Assembly: GCA_950097015.1 (NCBI GenBank)
Contig: CATNEN010000002.1
Span: 2,046,001-2,110,000 of the forward strand
Length of the DNA stretch: 64,000 nt
Source of the DNA: Macrostomum hystrix
Lineage: Eukaryota; Animalia; Platyhelminthes
Reading direction: 5' to 3'
Below the pieces are notes generated by a model, which saw nothing but the letters and a program-made list of their open reading frames with translations, was not told the DNA's origin and ran no database searches. Both the position numbers and the translations under genes were made by a program. This document shows, piece by piece, positions 1 through 11,409 of this stretch; within the stretch, counting starts at the first letter, position 1; each line of letters begins with the position of its first letter.

Positions 1-150
1 GCCGGGTCGTGTCAGGCCGTGCCCGGTCAGGTAAGTTCAGGCCGGTCCAGGTCGCGTTGGACCGAAGTCGGGCAGGATCAGGTCAGATTAGGCCGGGCCG
101 TGTCGTGTCGGGCCGTACCAGGTCCAGTTTGGGCCGTGCTGTGTTGCGCT
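1..150. repeat. Degenerate 5-bp-periodic GC-rich microsatellite
   Basis: Pentamers gtcag/gccgg/gtcgt/ggccg recur in 5-nt register from the window start. Confidence 0.5.
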
Positions 151-988
151 GAAATGAAAGTGAAAACTCGGGGTGAGTGTTTATCTAATCTGTCTATTCT
201 TAGTTGCTTGACCTCTGGGCGAAAGTTTTCTCTCGAGTTCTTTTCAGATTTCTAAGTCTTATAAGTATGTTTCGAGACCACAGATGGGTAAACTGGTTTT
301 TAAATAGTGTGCAACACTCAATTATCATAAATGAGATAATCCAATTGCCCCAGGATGAGATAATCACATTATCACAGCATAAGAGAATCTTATTGTTACT
401 GCATTAGATGATCCCATTGTTACTTCATGTAATAATCCCATTATCACAGCATGTGATAATTACATTGTCACAGCCCTTATTGGCTTGTGCCAAGAGTCTA
501 AGTTGGTAAAAGCAGGCATTATCAATCATTTTCTTTGAGGTTACATTGTATTCTTATATAAATTAAAAAAATTAGTTAAATAAGTTTATAAAAAGAGTGT
601 CATAAAATTATAGGAGTCGCAAATATATTCACTAGGAATGAAACAGAAAATATTTTCCCGCATTAAAACATGGGCGTCATATTTTTCATTTAATTAAACG
701 ATGGACGGCCCAGCAGCTATAAGCGAAAGGTGCACACTCGTATTAACTAACTGCTGCCGCCGTGAAAGACCTTATTTGAGTCAAAATTTACGCCTAAAAT
801 GAACTTGGAAGCAATTATAAAGAAATCGGCACTCGAAAAGATCGGAATGTTTGTTGTAAAACAAAGTCAAGTTACTATGTTCTTACGAAGATAGTTCTAC
901 TATGTACTACTGAATAGAAAACAGGTGATATAAAGTCATTTCACTGCAACATATTTCAACCGCAATCAATGAAACTTTAGGAATTGTT

Positions 989-2086
989 TCATTGATTCCT
1001 TCGCCTCAATATGAAATAGGCAAAACCGAGAGCCATCGCCAGCGAGAGCGCAGTCGCTAGCGGAATAATAATATCCGCAATGTCCGGAGCTCGTGTGCTG
1101 GCCACCTCAGTGCAGTTGGTTCCGGTGAAGCCAGATAGACACTTGCAAGCGTAAGTCAGAGTTTCCTGCCGTTCCGGATCGCCGGATATCATGCAGAGGC
1201 CTCCGTTCTGACAGGGCAAAGATCGACAGGGGCTAGTGTTCTGGCAGACTTTTCCGAGAAATCCCGAAGCACAGTAACAATGATAGTTATACAAGCCTAG
1301 CCGGTTGGAACAGGTGCCTCCATTGAGGCAAGGTGGTCCAGTCTGAAGATTTTTGCAGGTGTCCCACTCATATCGACAAGTTCTTCCCTCGTATCCTCGA
1401 GTACAGTTGCACTTCGGATAAAGCAGGTCCCATTGCCGAAAGATGCAGACGCCGCTGTTTAGGCAGGGGCAATCTTGCTGCCGACAGCCGGGTCCAGAGT
1501 CTGGCAAGTCCTTCACTTTGATAGTCTTCAGGAAGTCCGTTTGGTTTAGCAGCTCCGATTTGGTGTGCAACGGCACTTTGACGATCTGGTCCAGACTCGC
1601 ATTGGCAATGCAGCCTCGATAATCATCGCCGATGTGAAAACTCGTACTTCTACCCCATGGAAATCGTCCAGTGAAGTTGCTTGGCAATCGCTCGACAAAC
1701 CGACCGTCCAACACGATCTGCCCACCGCCCTCTGTCTGCATTTTCAGGTGATGCCACTCTCCGTCGTTGATGACTGGTTCCTTCATGTTGATATATATTT
1801 TTGTGGACTCGTTGCTTACCTTCCAACTCAGTTTTACACGAAGCGTCGCATTTGATCCAGAAAAGTCCACCCCGATATACTCATTGTTACCGTTCATTAG
1901 AGTAATCAGAGCATATGGGGATCTGATGGAGGTGCGGAACTCCAGCTCAAATTGCTTCAGAAACGGCTCCGAAGTGTTCGGCGCTCTAATGAGTTTGTAG
2001 GATGCGAGGTTATCTATTGTGAAGGTGGCTACCTCCGCTCGGACTGCCACTGCCGCTAGCACCAGCATCAGAAGTGGAATGGACAT
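989..2086 (-). CDS. Intronless Crumbs-like type I membrane protein A1 (signal peptide, laminin-G, 3 EGF, TM, no cytoplasmic tail), 365 aa
   Basis: Open frame; first ATG at 2086 (the ORF-track start is TTG); signal MSIPLLMLVLAAVAVRA; LamG motifs LEFRT, NDGEWHHL, YRGCIANA; EGF repeats CLNGGTC...C.C..GF.G..C; TM DIIIPLATALSLAMALGFAYFIL followed by RRRNQ*. Confidence 0.85.
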   Translation of the reverse strand: MSIPLLMLVLAAVAVRAEVATFTIDNLASYKLIRAPNTSEPFLKQFELEFRTSIRSPYALITLMNGNNEYIGVDFSGSNATLRVKLSWKVSNESTKIYINMKEPVINDGEWHHLKMQTEGGGQIVLDGRFVERLPSNFTGRFPWGRSTSFHIGDDYRGCIANASLDQIVKVPLHTKSELLNQTDFLKTIKVKDLPDSGPGCRQQDCPCLNSGVCIFRQWDLLYPKCNCTRGYEGRTCRYEWDTCKNLQTGPPCLNGGTCSNRLGLYNYHCYCASGFLGKVCQNTSPCRSLPCQNGGLCMISGDPERQETLTYACKCLSGFTGTNCTEVASTRAPDIADIIIPLATALSLAMALGFAYFILRRRNQ

Positions 2087-4593
2087 GCTGATCTGAAGTT
2101 TGACGTTAATTGGACTAGCCAAGCTGGTCTAAATCTTAGGCAATGTGTTTTTTAGCCGTAGACTTTCAATGCTTGTCCCAGTGCCTGGTCTATCATTCGA
2201 TATTCAAGGTCGGTGATTTTGACGATAAGAGGCAGGCTTTTTAAGTGCGGCTAAGTCTCAGCATTATGTGTGGTCATATCTCCACGTCATTTCAGTAACG
2301 TACAAAAATTCAATATATCTATTGATAAAAAGCCACACATGATTCAAGACTCAGGTCTAAATTTAGTGATATACAGTGATCTTCGCAAAGCCCAGGCGTG
2401 CATAGCTTATCATATTTACTCTTAGAAAAAGAGCTGAAATATTTGGTATGAAATATCGAACAAAGGTCGGAGTGTACTGTGAAATTTGCTTTTAACAGGC
2501 TCTCTGGGCTTTCCAATCAAGAAAAAAATTCTTAAATTAAATTCAAGTAACTATTCAAAGACTTTATAGAAAAATTAGCAGACTGACCTAAAAAGTTAAT
2601 GATCGAAGCCATGCTACTGATCGTATTTCACCAATTTCCCATACTAATTAGTTAACAACTCAGGATTAGAAAATGTAGGCACTTACTCAGGTTACTTTCT
2701 ACTGCTTCAGCTTCTTAATCGGCCGAGTGTTTGTTTCTTGTTCAGGTGTTGCGTAGCCTCTCCTTAGTCGTCTGAGGGTGGTAGAACTGGCCGCTGTCAC
2801 GACTGTGCTCAAACTTAATCTATGGGTTGACCGATGACGAGAGTGAATAAGAATCCTTAACAATGTCTTCGAGCTTGGAATTCGCAATAGAACGTGCACC
2901 CAATTAAAATCGCCTAAAAGTTTGCCTAGTTCCTCAGGAAGGGTGTCTTCTTCGTTATGTCTGAAGCGCAAAGTGTATCTTTATTCAATCAATAAATCCT
3001 GTAAGCTCTGCAACCTGTGCGCAACAGCTCTGTATACAAGGCCTTTCTCAAATGCGTCGACGATATGCGGATCTCGTTAACGACTAAAGCTGGCTATAAA
3101 GAACTCAATTCATTAACACGCAAACCAAATTTATTGTATCAGAAATGAGTCTTGATTCTTCTTCTTTTGAAGTCTTCTTTGAATTCAAGTGGGCCGCTCA
3201 GAGTCTGAACTTTTCACTAAGGACTACTAAACAACACTAGTAGTAGTCCCTGCTTTATAGTCAAATTTTCGCTTGTAGTTTAAGGCATTTTTGGAGGAAA
3301 ACAGGTCCAAGACACATTATTTACTTAGGTCATGAATATTTGCATATTGGGGTCAAGCGTTTTTGCTCAACTGCATTATGGGGAGTTTCAGGTGAATGTT
3401 ACCATTTATGGAAGTGTTGGAAAAACTGCAGTTAAGAACCGTTTTGCCATTATGTAATATTCCTAAGTATCGTAAAGCCATGTCTAAAAATAGCATACGA
3501 GTCCTAAAAAAGATCATCAGTTATTGCTTACATTTACCCGTGACATTACTTTAAGTAGCATGTTGAGCATTCTACTCTCCACACAAGTAAGCAAACACAA
3601 CACAAGCATAGCTTGGATTAAATAAAAAATATTTATCAAAAGGTCAAACGAAGCAAATGCAACAGTAGTGCCACTGGAATGGTGCTATATGAGCGAAGGG
3701 GCGAAGAGAGCTATATGAACTCACACCTTTACTTGTGTGGAAGCAATTCCGGAGTTCTGGAGCGTCAGAAAAGTGTAATTCAACTGGCAACATTCTGAGG
3801 CGCGAGTTGATAACACACTTTGGCACTGAGAATTCGTTTTCCGATAATCAGATACTTATTCCGTGTGTTGTTGGAAAGAGCCTCGAAAGAAAGTTTCGCC
3901 TGCTGTGTCATACCAAGCGGCATGATGGGGGCGTTGGCGAAGTAATTGAGAAGGATGTGTAAGAGCGACCTCCCGCACCAAAGTGCGACATGAGCAATGT
4001 CTGTTAAACCGCGAGAAGACCTGCCAGAGTGCAGCGCCTGAACGATATCAACGAAACGATTCATGCTCCGGAGTCGGAGCATGCATCGCGATCCTTATTA
4101 ACGGTTCTCATGTTCTCCTCAAGATATTGATAAAATTCAAAATTATTGATAAAGTTTAATCTAAGCTGGAAAATGTAAAGTCTTTGTTTTCTTCTGCATC
4201 TGAGTTCGTGGACTACAAGCCGATCCAGCTCACATGGTGTCCTCACACGTAGAAATCTGAGCTACTCTTAGTACTCGTAGCTGCTCCCTTTCTTCATTGA
4301 TAAAGCCTAGTCGCTGACGATCATTTAATAAGACTCGCAAAATATTCTCAGGTATGAACAACTGTTTTTGCCCATAGTCTGAGTACATTTTCACGAGCAA
4401 ATGCGAAGTTTATTCATTGCGGACTAAAAACATGGGTTTAATTATTTTTTTGCGAAAACTCTGAAATGATTGCTCCGAGACGAGACGAGACCACCTGTAG
4501 GGAAATTAGGAGTCGTGGTCATCCACCTGAAGCCGCTTAAGGCGCGAAATAGTTGACGGGGCTTTGTTGTACAGGGCGAATTTATGAAACTTG

Positions 4594-4668
4594 ATTGGTA
4601 TGTGCCACAAGCAAATTGGTATGTGCCACAAGCAAATTGGTATGTGCCACAAGCAAATTGGTATGTGC
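4594..4668. repeat. 21-bp tandem repeat (about 3.5 copies) with four CCAAT boxes upstream of gene B1
   Basis: attggtatgtgccacaagcaa repeated; ATTGG = CCAAT on minus; about 200-280 bp before ATG 4871. Confidence 0.75.
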
Positions 4669-4870
4669 TTAGTATCTTATCTAGAGCAAGGCATTGCAAA
4701 AAATGTGCATGCGCTTACGTGGTGCAGTCAGCCCCGAGGTCCGTACTAATCGAGGCTAAAATATACGCTACCTGAGGACAATCTCTTTAAGTTGGCGCAT
4801 GTTACTCAGGCGCGATCGAAATCTGTCTGCTAAAAGCGACGAAGCTCAAGCTTACAGAAGAATTATTAGT

Positions 4871-6160
4871 ATGCAGCCTCGCCTGTTTATAGCAGTTATC
4901 TTGTTGTTTTCTGGAAGTGTCCACACATCATTATATTTGGCCATTAAAGATTTCGCTATTTCTTCAACACCGGAAAGCGGCACGTTTAATGAATCGAACT
5001 CAGCTCGGTTTCATCTCGCCGGTTCACCGACTGCCAACAAGACTCTGTTGGAACAAATAAAATTGAATTTTCGCACATCTCAAGCAAGCAATTCTTTCCT
5101 GTTCTCAATTGTCAATCAGCGAAACGAAACCTTTACAGTCCAGATTCAATCAGCTGATGAAGTTAAAGTGCGACTAATATATTTGCGAAATCCCGAAGGA
5201 CATAACGTTAGCGAACTGGCTTATGAAGAGCTCATCCGTCCGGCTCCAGGTGTTGCGAACGGCTCCTGGCACCATTTGACAATGACTGCAGAGAGCAATG
5301 GATCGCTAGTATATAACGGTGAAACAATCCAGGATGAGCTGTTGAAAAATTACACTTATTATTTTCCTTGGGACAATAGTACATCGATTGAAATAGCTGG
5401 CACATTCAGGGGCTGCTTTGCCAATGTCAGCCTTGATAACATAATATCGATGCCGCTTTCTTCGAAATCGGATCTGCTGAACATCACGGACTACCTGCGG
5501 CTGGACTCCACATCCAGGCTGCCAGAGGAGGCTGGGTGTCGTCAGGCGCCTTGTCCTTGCAAGCCGAACGGCATGTGCATCTACCGTCAGTGGGACTTGC
5601 TGGAAAGATGCAACTGCACCCGGGGCTACACACCCGAATCGATGTGCAAGAGCGAATGGAACACTTGCGAAAGTTTGGACATGGAACTACGATGCCAGAA
5701 TGGGGGTACCTGCTCCAACAAGCCAGGCGTCGAAAGTTATGAATGCAATTGCACCCAAGATTATCTGGGAACACGATGCCAGAGCTTCAATATTTGCCGA
5801 GCGTGTCAGAGCAACACTGTGAATTGCACTCTTACTGGCGACCTCGAGTGTCCGGAGTCACTCGATTACAACTGCATCTGTGCGTCAGGGTATTCCGGCA
5901 GAAATTGCACCGAGTTTGAGCTACAGCCGGGACTAGATATTACTCTAATAATTAGCGTCACAGTTGGCATCATAATTGCCATCCTTATTATCGCGATTGT
6001 TGCTTTCGTGGTCGCTAAGATCATCAGAGAGAGGCGTCGAGATTCCGGAGCGTATGGGCCAAGCCGACGAGAGGTGCAGGCGGGCAGAGACACAAGCATG
6101 GCAATGAGTCATCCGATGCGACCACCGAAAGACGAACGCATGGAAATATATTGTGAATAA
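4871..6160 (+). CDS. Intronless Crumbs-like type I membrane protein B1 (signal, laminin-G, 3 EGF, TM, Crumbs-like cytoplasmic tail), 429 aa from ATG 4871
   Basis: Open frame (an alternative upstream ATG lies at 4799); signal MQPRLFIAVILLFSG; LNFRT, NGSWHHL, FRGCFANV; three EGF repeats; TM; tail RERRRDSGAYGPSRRE...MRPPKDERMEIYCE resembles the Crumbs GTYSPSxQE...KPPPEERLI tail. Confidence 0.85.
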   Translation: MQPRLFIAVILLFSGSVHTSLYLAIKDFAISSTPESGTFNESNSARFHLAGSPTANKTLLEQIKLNFRTSQASNSFLFSIVNQRNETFTVQIQSADEVKVRLIYLRNPEGHNVSELAYEELIRPAPGVANGSWHHLTMTAESNGSLVYNGETIQDELLKNYTYYFPWDNSTSIEIAGTFRGCFANVSLDNIISMPLSSKSDLLNITDYLRLDSTSRLPEEAGCRQAPCPCKPNGMCIYRQWDLLERCNCTRGYTPESMCKSEWNTCESLDMELRCQNGGTCSNKPGVESYECNCTQDYLGTRCQSFNICRACQSNTVNCTLTGDLECPESLDYNCICASGYSGRNCTEFELQPGLDITLIISVTVGIIIAILIIAIVAFVVAKIIRERRRDSGAYGPSRREVQAGRDTSMAMSHPMRPPKDERMEIYCE

Positions 6161-6190
6161 ATATGTTCAGAACATGTGTAAATAACCGCA

Positions 6191-6540
6191 TAATAATAAT
6201 AATTGCAGGAGGGCTGTGGGCACATCATTTGGTGACACTAGACCCTCAGCCAGCGAGGAGACAATTCTGCCCACTTCGCTGACTCCTGAGCACACACGCA
6301 CACAGATACTGTACGCAGGCACAAGCTCACACAGGTGTGTACATCTGCCCTGACTTTCTCGTCGTCAAGTGTAAATTTCACAATGCCTTGGAGGTTAGCC
6401 CACAAGGGCGTAAATTGTAAGACAAGCCTCCAAGCCTTCTCTCCGCGGCTGCGCCCCAAAAAATGTGGCCTCGCCGCGGAATCGAGCTTCAGGACACAAA
6501 TGCGAGAGGCAAACGCGTTAACCCACTCTGCCTCCACCCC
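6191..6540 (-). mobile_element. tRNA-derived SINE, family 2
   Basis: Minus-strand head GGGGTGGAGGCAGAGTGGGTTAACGCG...GCTCGATTCC (A/B-box like); (TTA)n tail at 6191-6203; homologous pieces at about 27395-27540 and 54190-54410. Confidence 0.7.
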
Positions 6541-9029
6541 ATGTGTAGATAATAGGGACTTCAAAAAATTAGAAACTTTGAACTCTAATTTCCCGTTTTT
6601 CTTGCACTTTTTCGGTTCTAATTTTGCAGGCCTGACTGTTATTACTTTAACAATGCATGGACTTAAAATTCGTTGTATTTTTAACTGTAACAGTCTTCAT
6701 CTCGAATGTATTCATTTATTTATCTATTTTAAAATAACATTTGATGCGAAGTACCCAAAATGAGGCTTTCGTATGATGAATCGATTGTTTACGCAAAATT
6801 TTACTTTTTATCTTTTGATTTTTTTCTAAGATAACACTAATAATAATAATATATTATAGTGGAATAAGCCTAATCGAATGAAAACGTCGATAGTTTCTCT
6901 GACGTGAAGCGTGGTCGATGGAGCTCGTAATTTTTACAATACGCCAATGTTCAGCCAAGGTTCGCGCTTTAAACTGATTCAGAATATTTCGTTTTTTCGA
7001 GTTTTACGTTTTCGTGCATTTTTCGTTTCGTCGGATTTCGTAGAAAATTCCACGAGCGGTGTTTGACCAATTTTTGACTAAGGAAATCAGACCTACTTTC
7101 CTGACATAAACAAGAGCTACGAAAAAGACGAGCGAAAGGAGAGCCAGTTCAACTGATCAATTCAAAAGTCAATTTTCTGGTAGCGGTATAAAACTTTCGT
7201 AAAGTACGTTTCAGTTAAAATATTTCTCGGTTCCCACAACAATCAGACGTCGGCTCAAAGGCTCAAAGGCACAAATAGATTATTACATTCAAGGGAATGA
7301 TTTTCAGTTCACATAAATGTAAATTTTTAGGCAATCAAGCTAATGTTTCTAAACTTATTTATAAATAGTTTCACTATTTTACTTGCGCACTAGTTGCCAG
7401 TTTACCGAATAAAATTTCTAGGAGGCCTCGATCGAGGCCAGCCTGGGAGGTTGAAACATGCGACTCGATAACTCATCCGTTTGATCTATCCGTTCTATCC
7501 CTCAAAACGTCCACCTCCGCTTCCCATTGTTCTGGTTCGCTCGAGCGAGACGAAAGCTTATTCTAAAAATGTCCTTTAAAATTTTCGCAAATCCTTGCCT
7601 TGGTACTTTTGCCAAATGTAACTTGAATTTATTTATCTTCTCGTTGTAACCTTAAAGATGTGTGTTTTAATAAATAATTATTGTAATTATTTAGCAAAAG
7701 CATAATTAATGAGCCTATTACGTTACTATTATCTAATACAAGCTACCTCACCCACCCCCAAGCATACTGTGCCGCGTCGTGCGAATCAGAACGTGGCAGT
7801 GCTCGGTTGTGCACTTTGGATGGTCAAGGCTGGGTCAACGGAGACTTTCCATCACGGTTCACGCGCGTGATGCGTGTTTTCTACCCTACACAATCCCATC
7901 GCTTTTCCTACAAAGAAGACACCCTCGGGTCATGCCTGACCGATACCTGACCTGCAGTACAGCTGCGACTTGATTGAGCCAGACTCAGGGTATTTGCTCT
8001 TACTTTAGACCACATTGGGCTAATATAATTATTGCCAGTTTTTAGTCACTGCTCAGGGTTGTCAAATAGCTAAATCCAATTCTTTTGTCTGTTTCCCCTG
8101 CTCACTTAAGCAGGCAGGCTGGTGAGTAAAGAGTCATTGCGATCCAAGAGGAGTTTACTGGCAGGCTAAATAAAAAAATAGATTAAGCAATAATGAAACT
8201 CTAATATCACTACTAACAGCAGTACAGTTTGCACACAGCCGCATTCTTGAGAGGTTAGGCTTTCACCAACGAAACGCGGCACAGACCTTGTAAGAAGGGA
8301 TCGAGCCTCTATAATTAAACTTTAGCAAGTTCCTCACCCCAAGCTGAGGTAGGATTGGGTAATCTAAAAAATAACCCCCCTATGCGAAAGACCTTGCTTC
8401 CAGCACTGACCAGGACAGCCAGAAAATGCCCAACATAGAGTCCCTCTAGCGGCCATTATTCTCTTTCTTTCTGGCCTCAATATTAGCCTCGTTAGGTTTT
8501 AGTTATGGAGTGTGGTTGCAGAACTACTCTAAGTAGTCCCTACCCTAATACTCCCTTGCCTAGAATTAGAGTAGGCAATGGACCTTCGCCAATCGGACCA
8601 CAAACAAGCTACCAATCATCACTAGGGCGGGTGACACTGGGGAGAGTAAGGCCAGATCCCCTCCCACTTTAGGATCAGCACTGCAGTGGGATTTCCAGCC
8701 TTCGCATCGAGCCATCCACGGGTTTGATTAAATTAATTAACGATTGATTAGCAAGTAATTTAGACGCGAGAAAAGCATAGCCAAGTCAAAAAACTAATGT
8801 CTGAATTACCTGAAAAGTGATAAAGAGGCTTTATTATCTTCGCCGTTAGTTTTTACTCTGGAACTTTTTCTCCACTAAAGCACCGTGTGAAAACAGAGAA
8901 AACAGAAATTCAGGTAGATAATGCGTTTGATAAGACACGGACAAACTTAAAGATATAAAATGAAATGTGCAGACACCCTAATTACATTATCGCTTGTCTG
9001 AACAGTTCACATCAAATTTCTGCCAGAGA

Positions 9030-9261
9030 ATGTCATCTGCTCAACTGCTAATCATTCTGACCTTCGGCATCATCGGGTTCGCTGCTTCAGGCTTCGGCGA
9101 GTTGCATCCGGAGTCAGCCACGTTCAACACGACACAGAAAAGTCGAGTTTCGGCTAGGCCCACCACCTGAGGGAAGTGGATCTGAGCTACTCCTTCGAAT
9201 CGATATCGATTTTCGAACATATCCCATTGCACAGATGCGACCCATTGCGCGCGTCCCATGA
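9030..9261 (+). pseudogene. 5' remnant of a fourth, divergent mini-Crumbs paralog (frameshifted, truncated)
   Basis: MSSAQLLIILTFGIIGFAASGFGELHPESATFNTTQK, then after a +1 shift in an AAAA run VEFRLGPPPEGSGSELLLRIDIDFRTY. This aligns to B1 ESGTFNESNSARFHLAGSP...LLEQIKLNFRTS. Confidence 0.6.
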
Positions 9262-9734
9262 GCAAAAAATTCTATTGTAAGAAAACAAACTTAGAATGGA
9301 ATTTCATACAGAAAAATGCATTTCTAACGTTAAAAGAATTTTATTTACCTGATGTTTTTCCCTCAGGAGACTTTTACAATTTTTTCTAAACGCATATGTT
9401 CTTATAACTAAGTATTCTAAATTATTGAAAACAAGCTTAGACTTACAATTCAATCTAAAAATATTAAACAAAGGCATTCCAGGATGCTGTAATCGTGATT
9501 GACTGAAGTGCAGCGACTTTTATATTGAACTTCTCAAAAATTACTTTGTTTTACTGCTGTCGCTAAAATGCCGTTTTTAGGCAGTTTAAATCATTTTAAG
9601 CTATTTTAAGTTCGATTCCATTTAAGAACTAGTCTTGTAGTTCTACTATGTACTACTGAACAGAAAACAGGTGATATAAAGTCATTTCACTGCAACATAT
9701 TTCAACCGCAATCAATGAAACTTTAAGAATTGTT

Positions 9735-10844
9735 TCATTGATTCTTTCGCCTGAATATGAAATAGGCAAAACCGAGAGCCATCGCCAGACCGCACAGCGA
9801 GAGCACAGTCGCTAGCGGAACAATAATATGCGCAATGTCCTGAGCTGGTGCTCGTGTGCTGGCCACCTCAGTGCAGTTGGTTCCGGTGAAGCCAGATAGA
9901 CACTCGCAAGCGTAAGTCAGAGTTTCCTGCCGTTCCGGATCGCCAGATATCATGCAGAGGCCTCCGTTCTGACAGGGCAAAGATCGACAGGGGCTAGTGT
10001 TCTGGCAGACTTTTCCGAGAAATCCCGAAGCACAGTAACAATGATAGTTATACAAGCCTAGCCGGTTGGAACAGGTGCCTCCATTAAGGCAAGGTGGCCC
10101 AGTCTGAAGATTTTTGCAGGTGTCCCACTCATATTGACAAGTGCTTCCCTCGTATCCTCGAGTACAGTTGCACCGATCAAGCAGGTCCCATTGCCGAAAG
10201 ATGCAGACGCCGCTGTTTAGGCAGGGGCAATCTTGCTGCCGACACCCGGGTCCAGAGTCTGGCAAGTCCTTCACTTTGATAGTCTTCAGGAAGTCCGTTT
10301 GGTTTAGCAGCTCCGATTTGGTGTACAACGGCACTTTGACGATCTGGTCCAGACTCGCATTGGCAATGCAGCCTCGATAATCATCGCCGATGTGAAAACT
10401 CGTATTTCTACCCCATGGAAATCGTCCAGTGAAGTTGCTTGGCAATTGCTCGACAAACCGACCGTCCAACACGATCTGCCCACCGCCCTCTGTCTGCATT
10501 TTCAGGTGATGCCACTCTCCGTCGTTGATGACTGGTTCGTTCATGAAGATTTTTGTTAGCGTGGACTTATTGTTTACATTCCAAGTCAGAATAATACGAA
10601 GCGTCGCATTTGCTTTAGAAAAGTCGATGACGATATCTTCGTTGTTATCATTTTCCAAAAAAATCAGAAAATATGGGCTTCTAGAAGAGGTTCGGAACTC
10701 CAGCTCAAATTGCTTCAAAAACGGCTCCGAAGTGTTCGGCGCTCTAATGAGTTTGTAGGATGCGAAGTTATCTCTTTTGAAGGTGGCTACCTCCGCTCGG
10801 ACTGCCACTGCCGCTAGCACCAGCATCAGAAGTGGAATGGACAT
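9735..10844 (-). CDS. Intronless Crumbs-like membrane protein A2 (paralog of A1, tail-less), 369 aa
   Basis: Open frame, same architecture as 989..2086; ends RRKNQ*. Confidence 0.85.
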   Translation of the reverse strand: MSIPLLMLVLAAVAVRAEVATFKRDNFASYKLIRAPNTSEPFLKQFELEFRTSSRSPYFLIFLENDNNEDIVIDFSKANATLRIILTWNVNNKSTLTKIFMNEPVINDGEWHHLKMQTEGGGQIVLDGRFVEQLPSNFTGRFPWGRNTSFHIGDDYRGCIANASLDQIVKVPLYTKSELLNQTDFLKTIKVKDLPDSGPGCRQQDCPCLNSGVCIFRQWDLLDRCNCTRGYEGSTCQYEWDTCKNLQTGPPCLNGGTCSNRLGLYNYHCYCASGFLGKVCQNTSPCRSLPCQNGGLCMISGDPERQETLTYACECLSGFTGTNCTEVASTRAPAQDIAHIIVPLATVLSLCGLAMALGFAYFIFRRKNQ

Positions 10845-11409
10845 GCTGATCTGAAGTTTGACGTTAATTGGACTAGCCAAGCTGGTCTAAATCTTAGGCA
10901 ATGTGTTTTTTAGCCGTAGACTTTCAATGCTTGTCCCAGTGCCTGGTCTATCATTCGATATTCAAGGTCGGTGATTTTGACGATAAGAGGCAGGCTTTTT
11001 AAGGGCGGCTCAGCATTATGTGTGGTCGTATCTCTAAGTTATTTCGGTAATGTACAAAAATTCAATATATCTATTGATAAAAAGGTACACATGACTCAAG
11101 ACTCGGGTCTAAATTTAGTGATATACAGTGATCTTCGCAAAGCCCAGGCGTGCATAGCTTATCATATTTACTCTTAGAAAGAGAGCTGAAATATTTGGTA
11201 TGAAATATCAAACAAAGGACGGATTGTACTGTGAAATTTGCTTTTAACAGGCTCTCTGGACTTTCCGATCAAGAAAACAATTTCTTAAATAAAATTCAAG
11301 CAAGCATTCAAAGACTTTATTGAAAAATTAGCAGACTGACCTAAGAATTGATAATCGAAGCCATGCTACTGATCGTATTTCACCAATTTCAGATACCACT
11401 TAGTTAACA

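Larger units (their letters stand above)
893..5228. repeat. Segmental duplication, copy 1
   Basis: Matches 9638..19360 from 'tagttctactatgtactactga' to 'gcttatgaag' once the two insertions in copy 2 are removed; two indels of roughly 270-290 bp distinguish the spacers. Confidence 0.9.

Noticed and set aside
2087-2122. N-terminal extension MASPINVKLQIS of A1/A2
   Set aside because: The ORF track starts at TTG; the first ATG (2086/10844) directly precedes the signal peptide.
3690-4300. Exon-like ORFs in the A/B spacer (3780-4082 minus, 3735-3962 plus)
   Set aside because: No recognisable domain; the minus-strand frame is broken by a 2-nt indel in the duplicate near 18155; no supporting splice partners.
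4594-4668. NFI palindromic sites in the 21-bp repeat
   Set aside because: The spacing TTGGT-N4-GCCA does not fit TTGGC-N5-GCCAA; only the CCAAT boxes are supportable.
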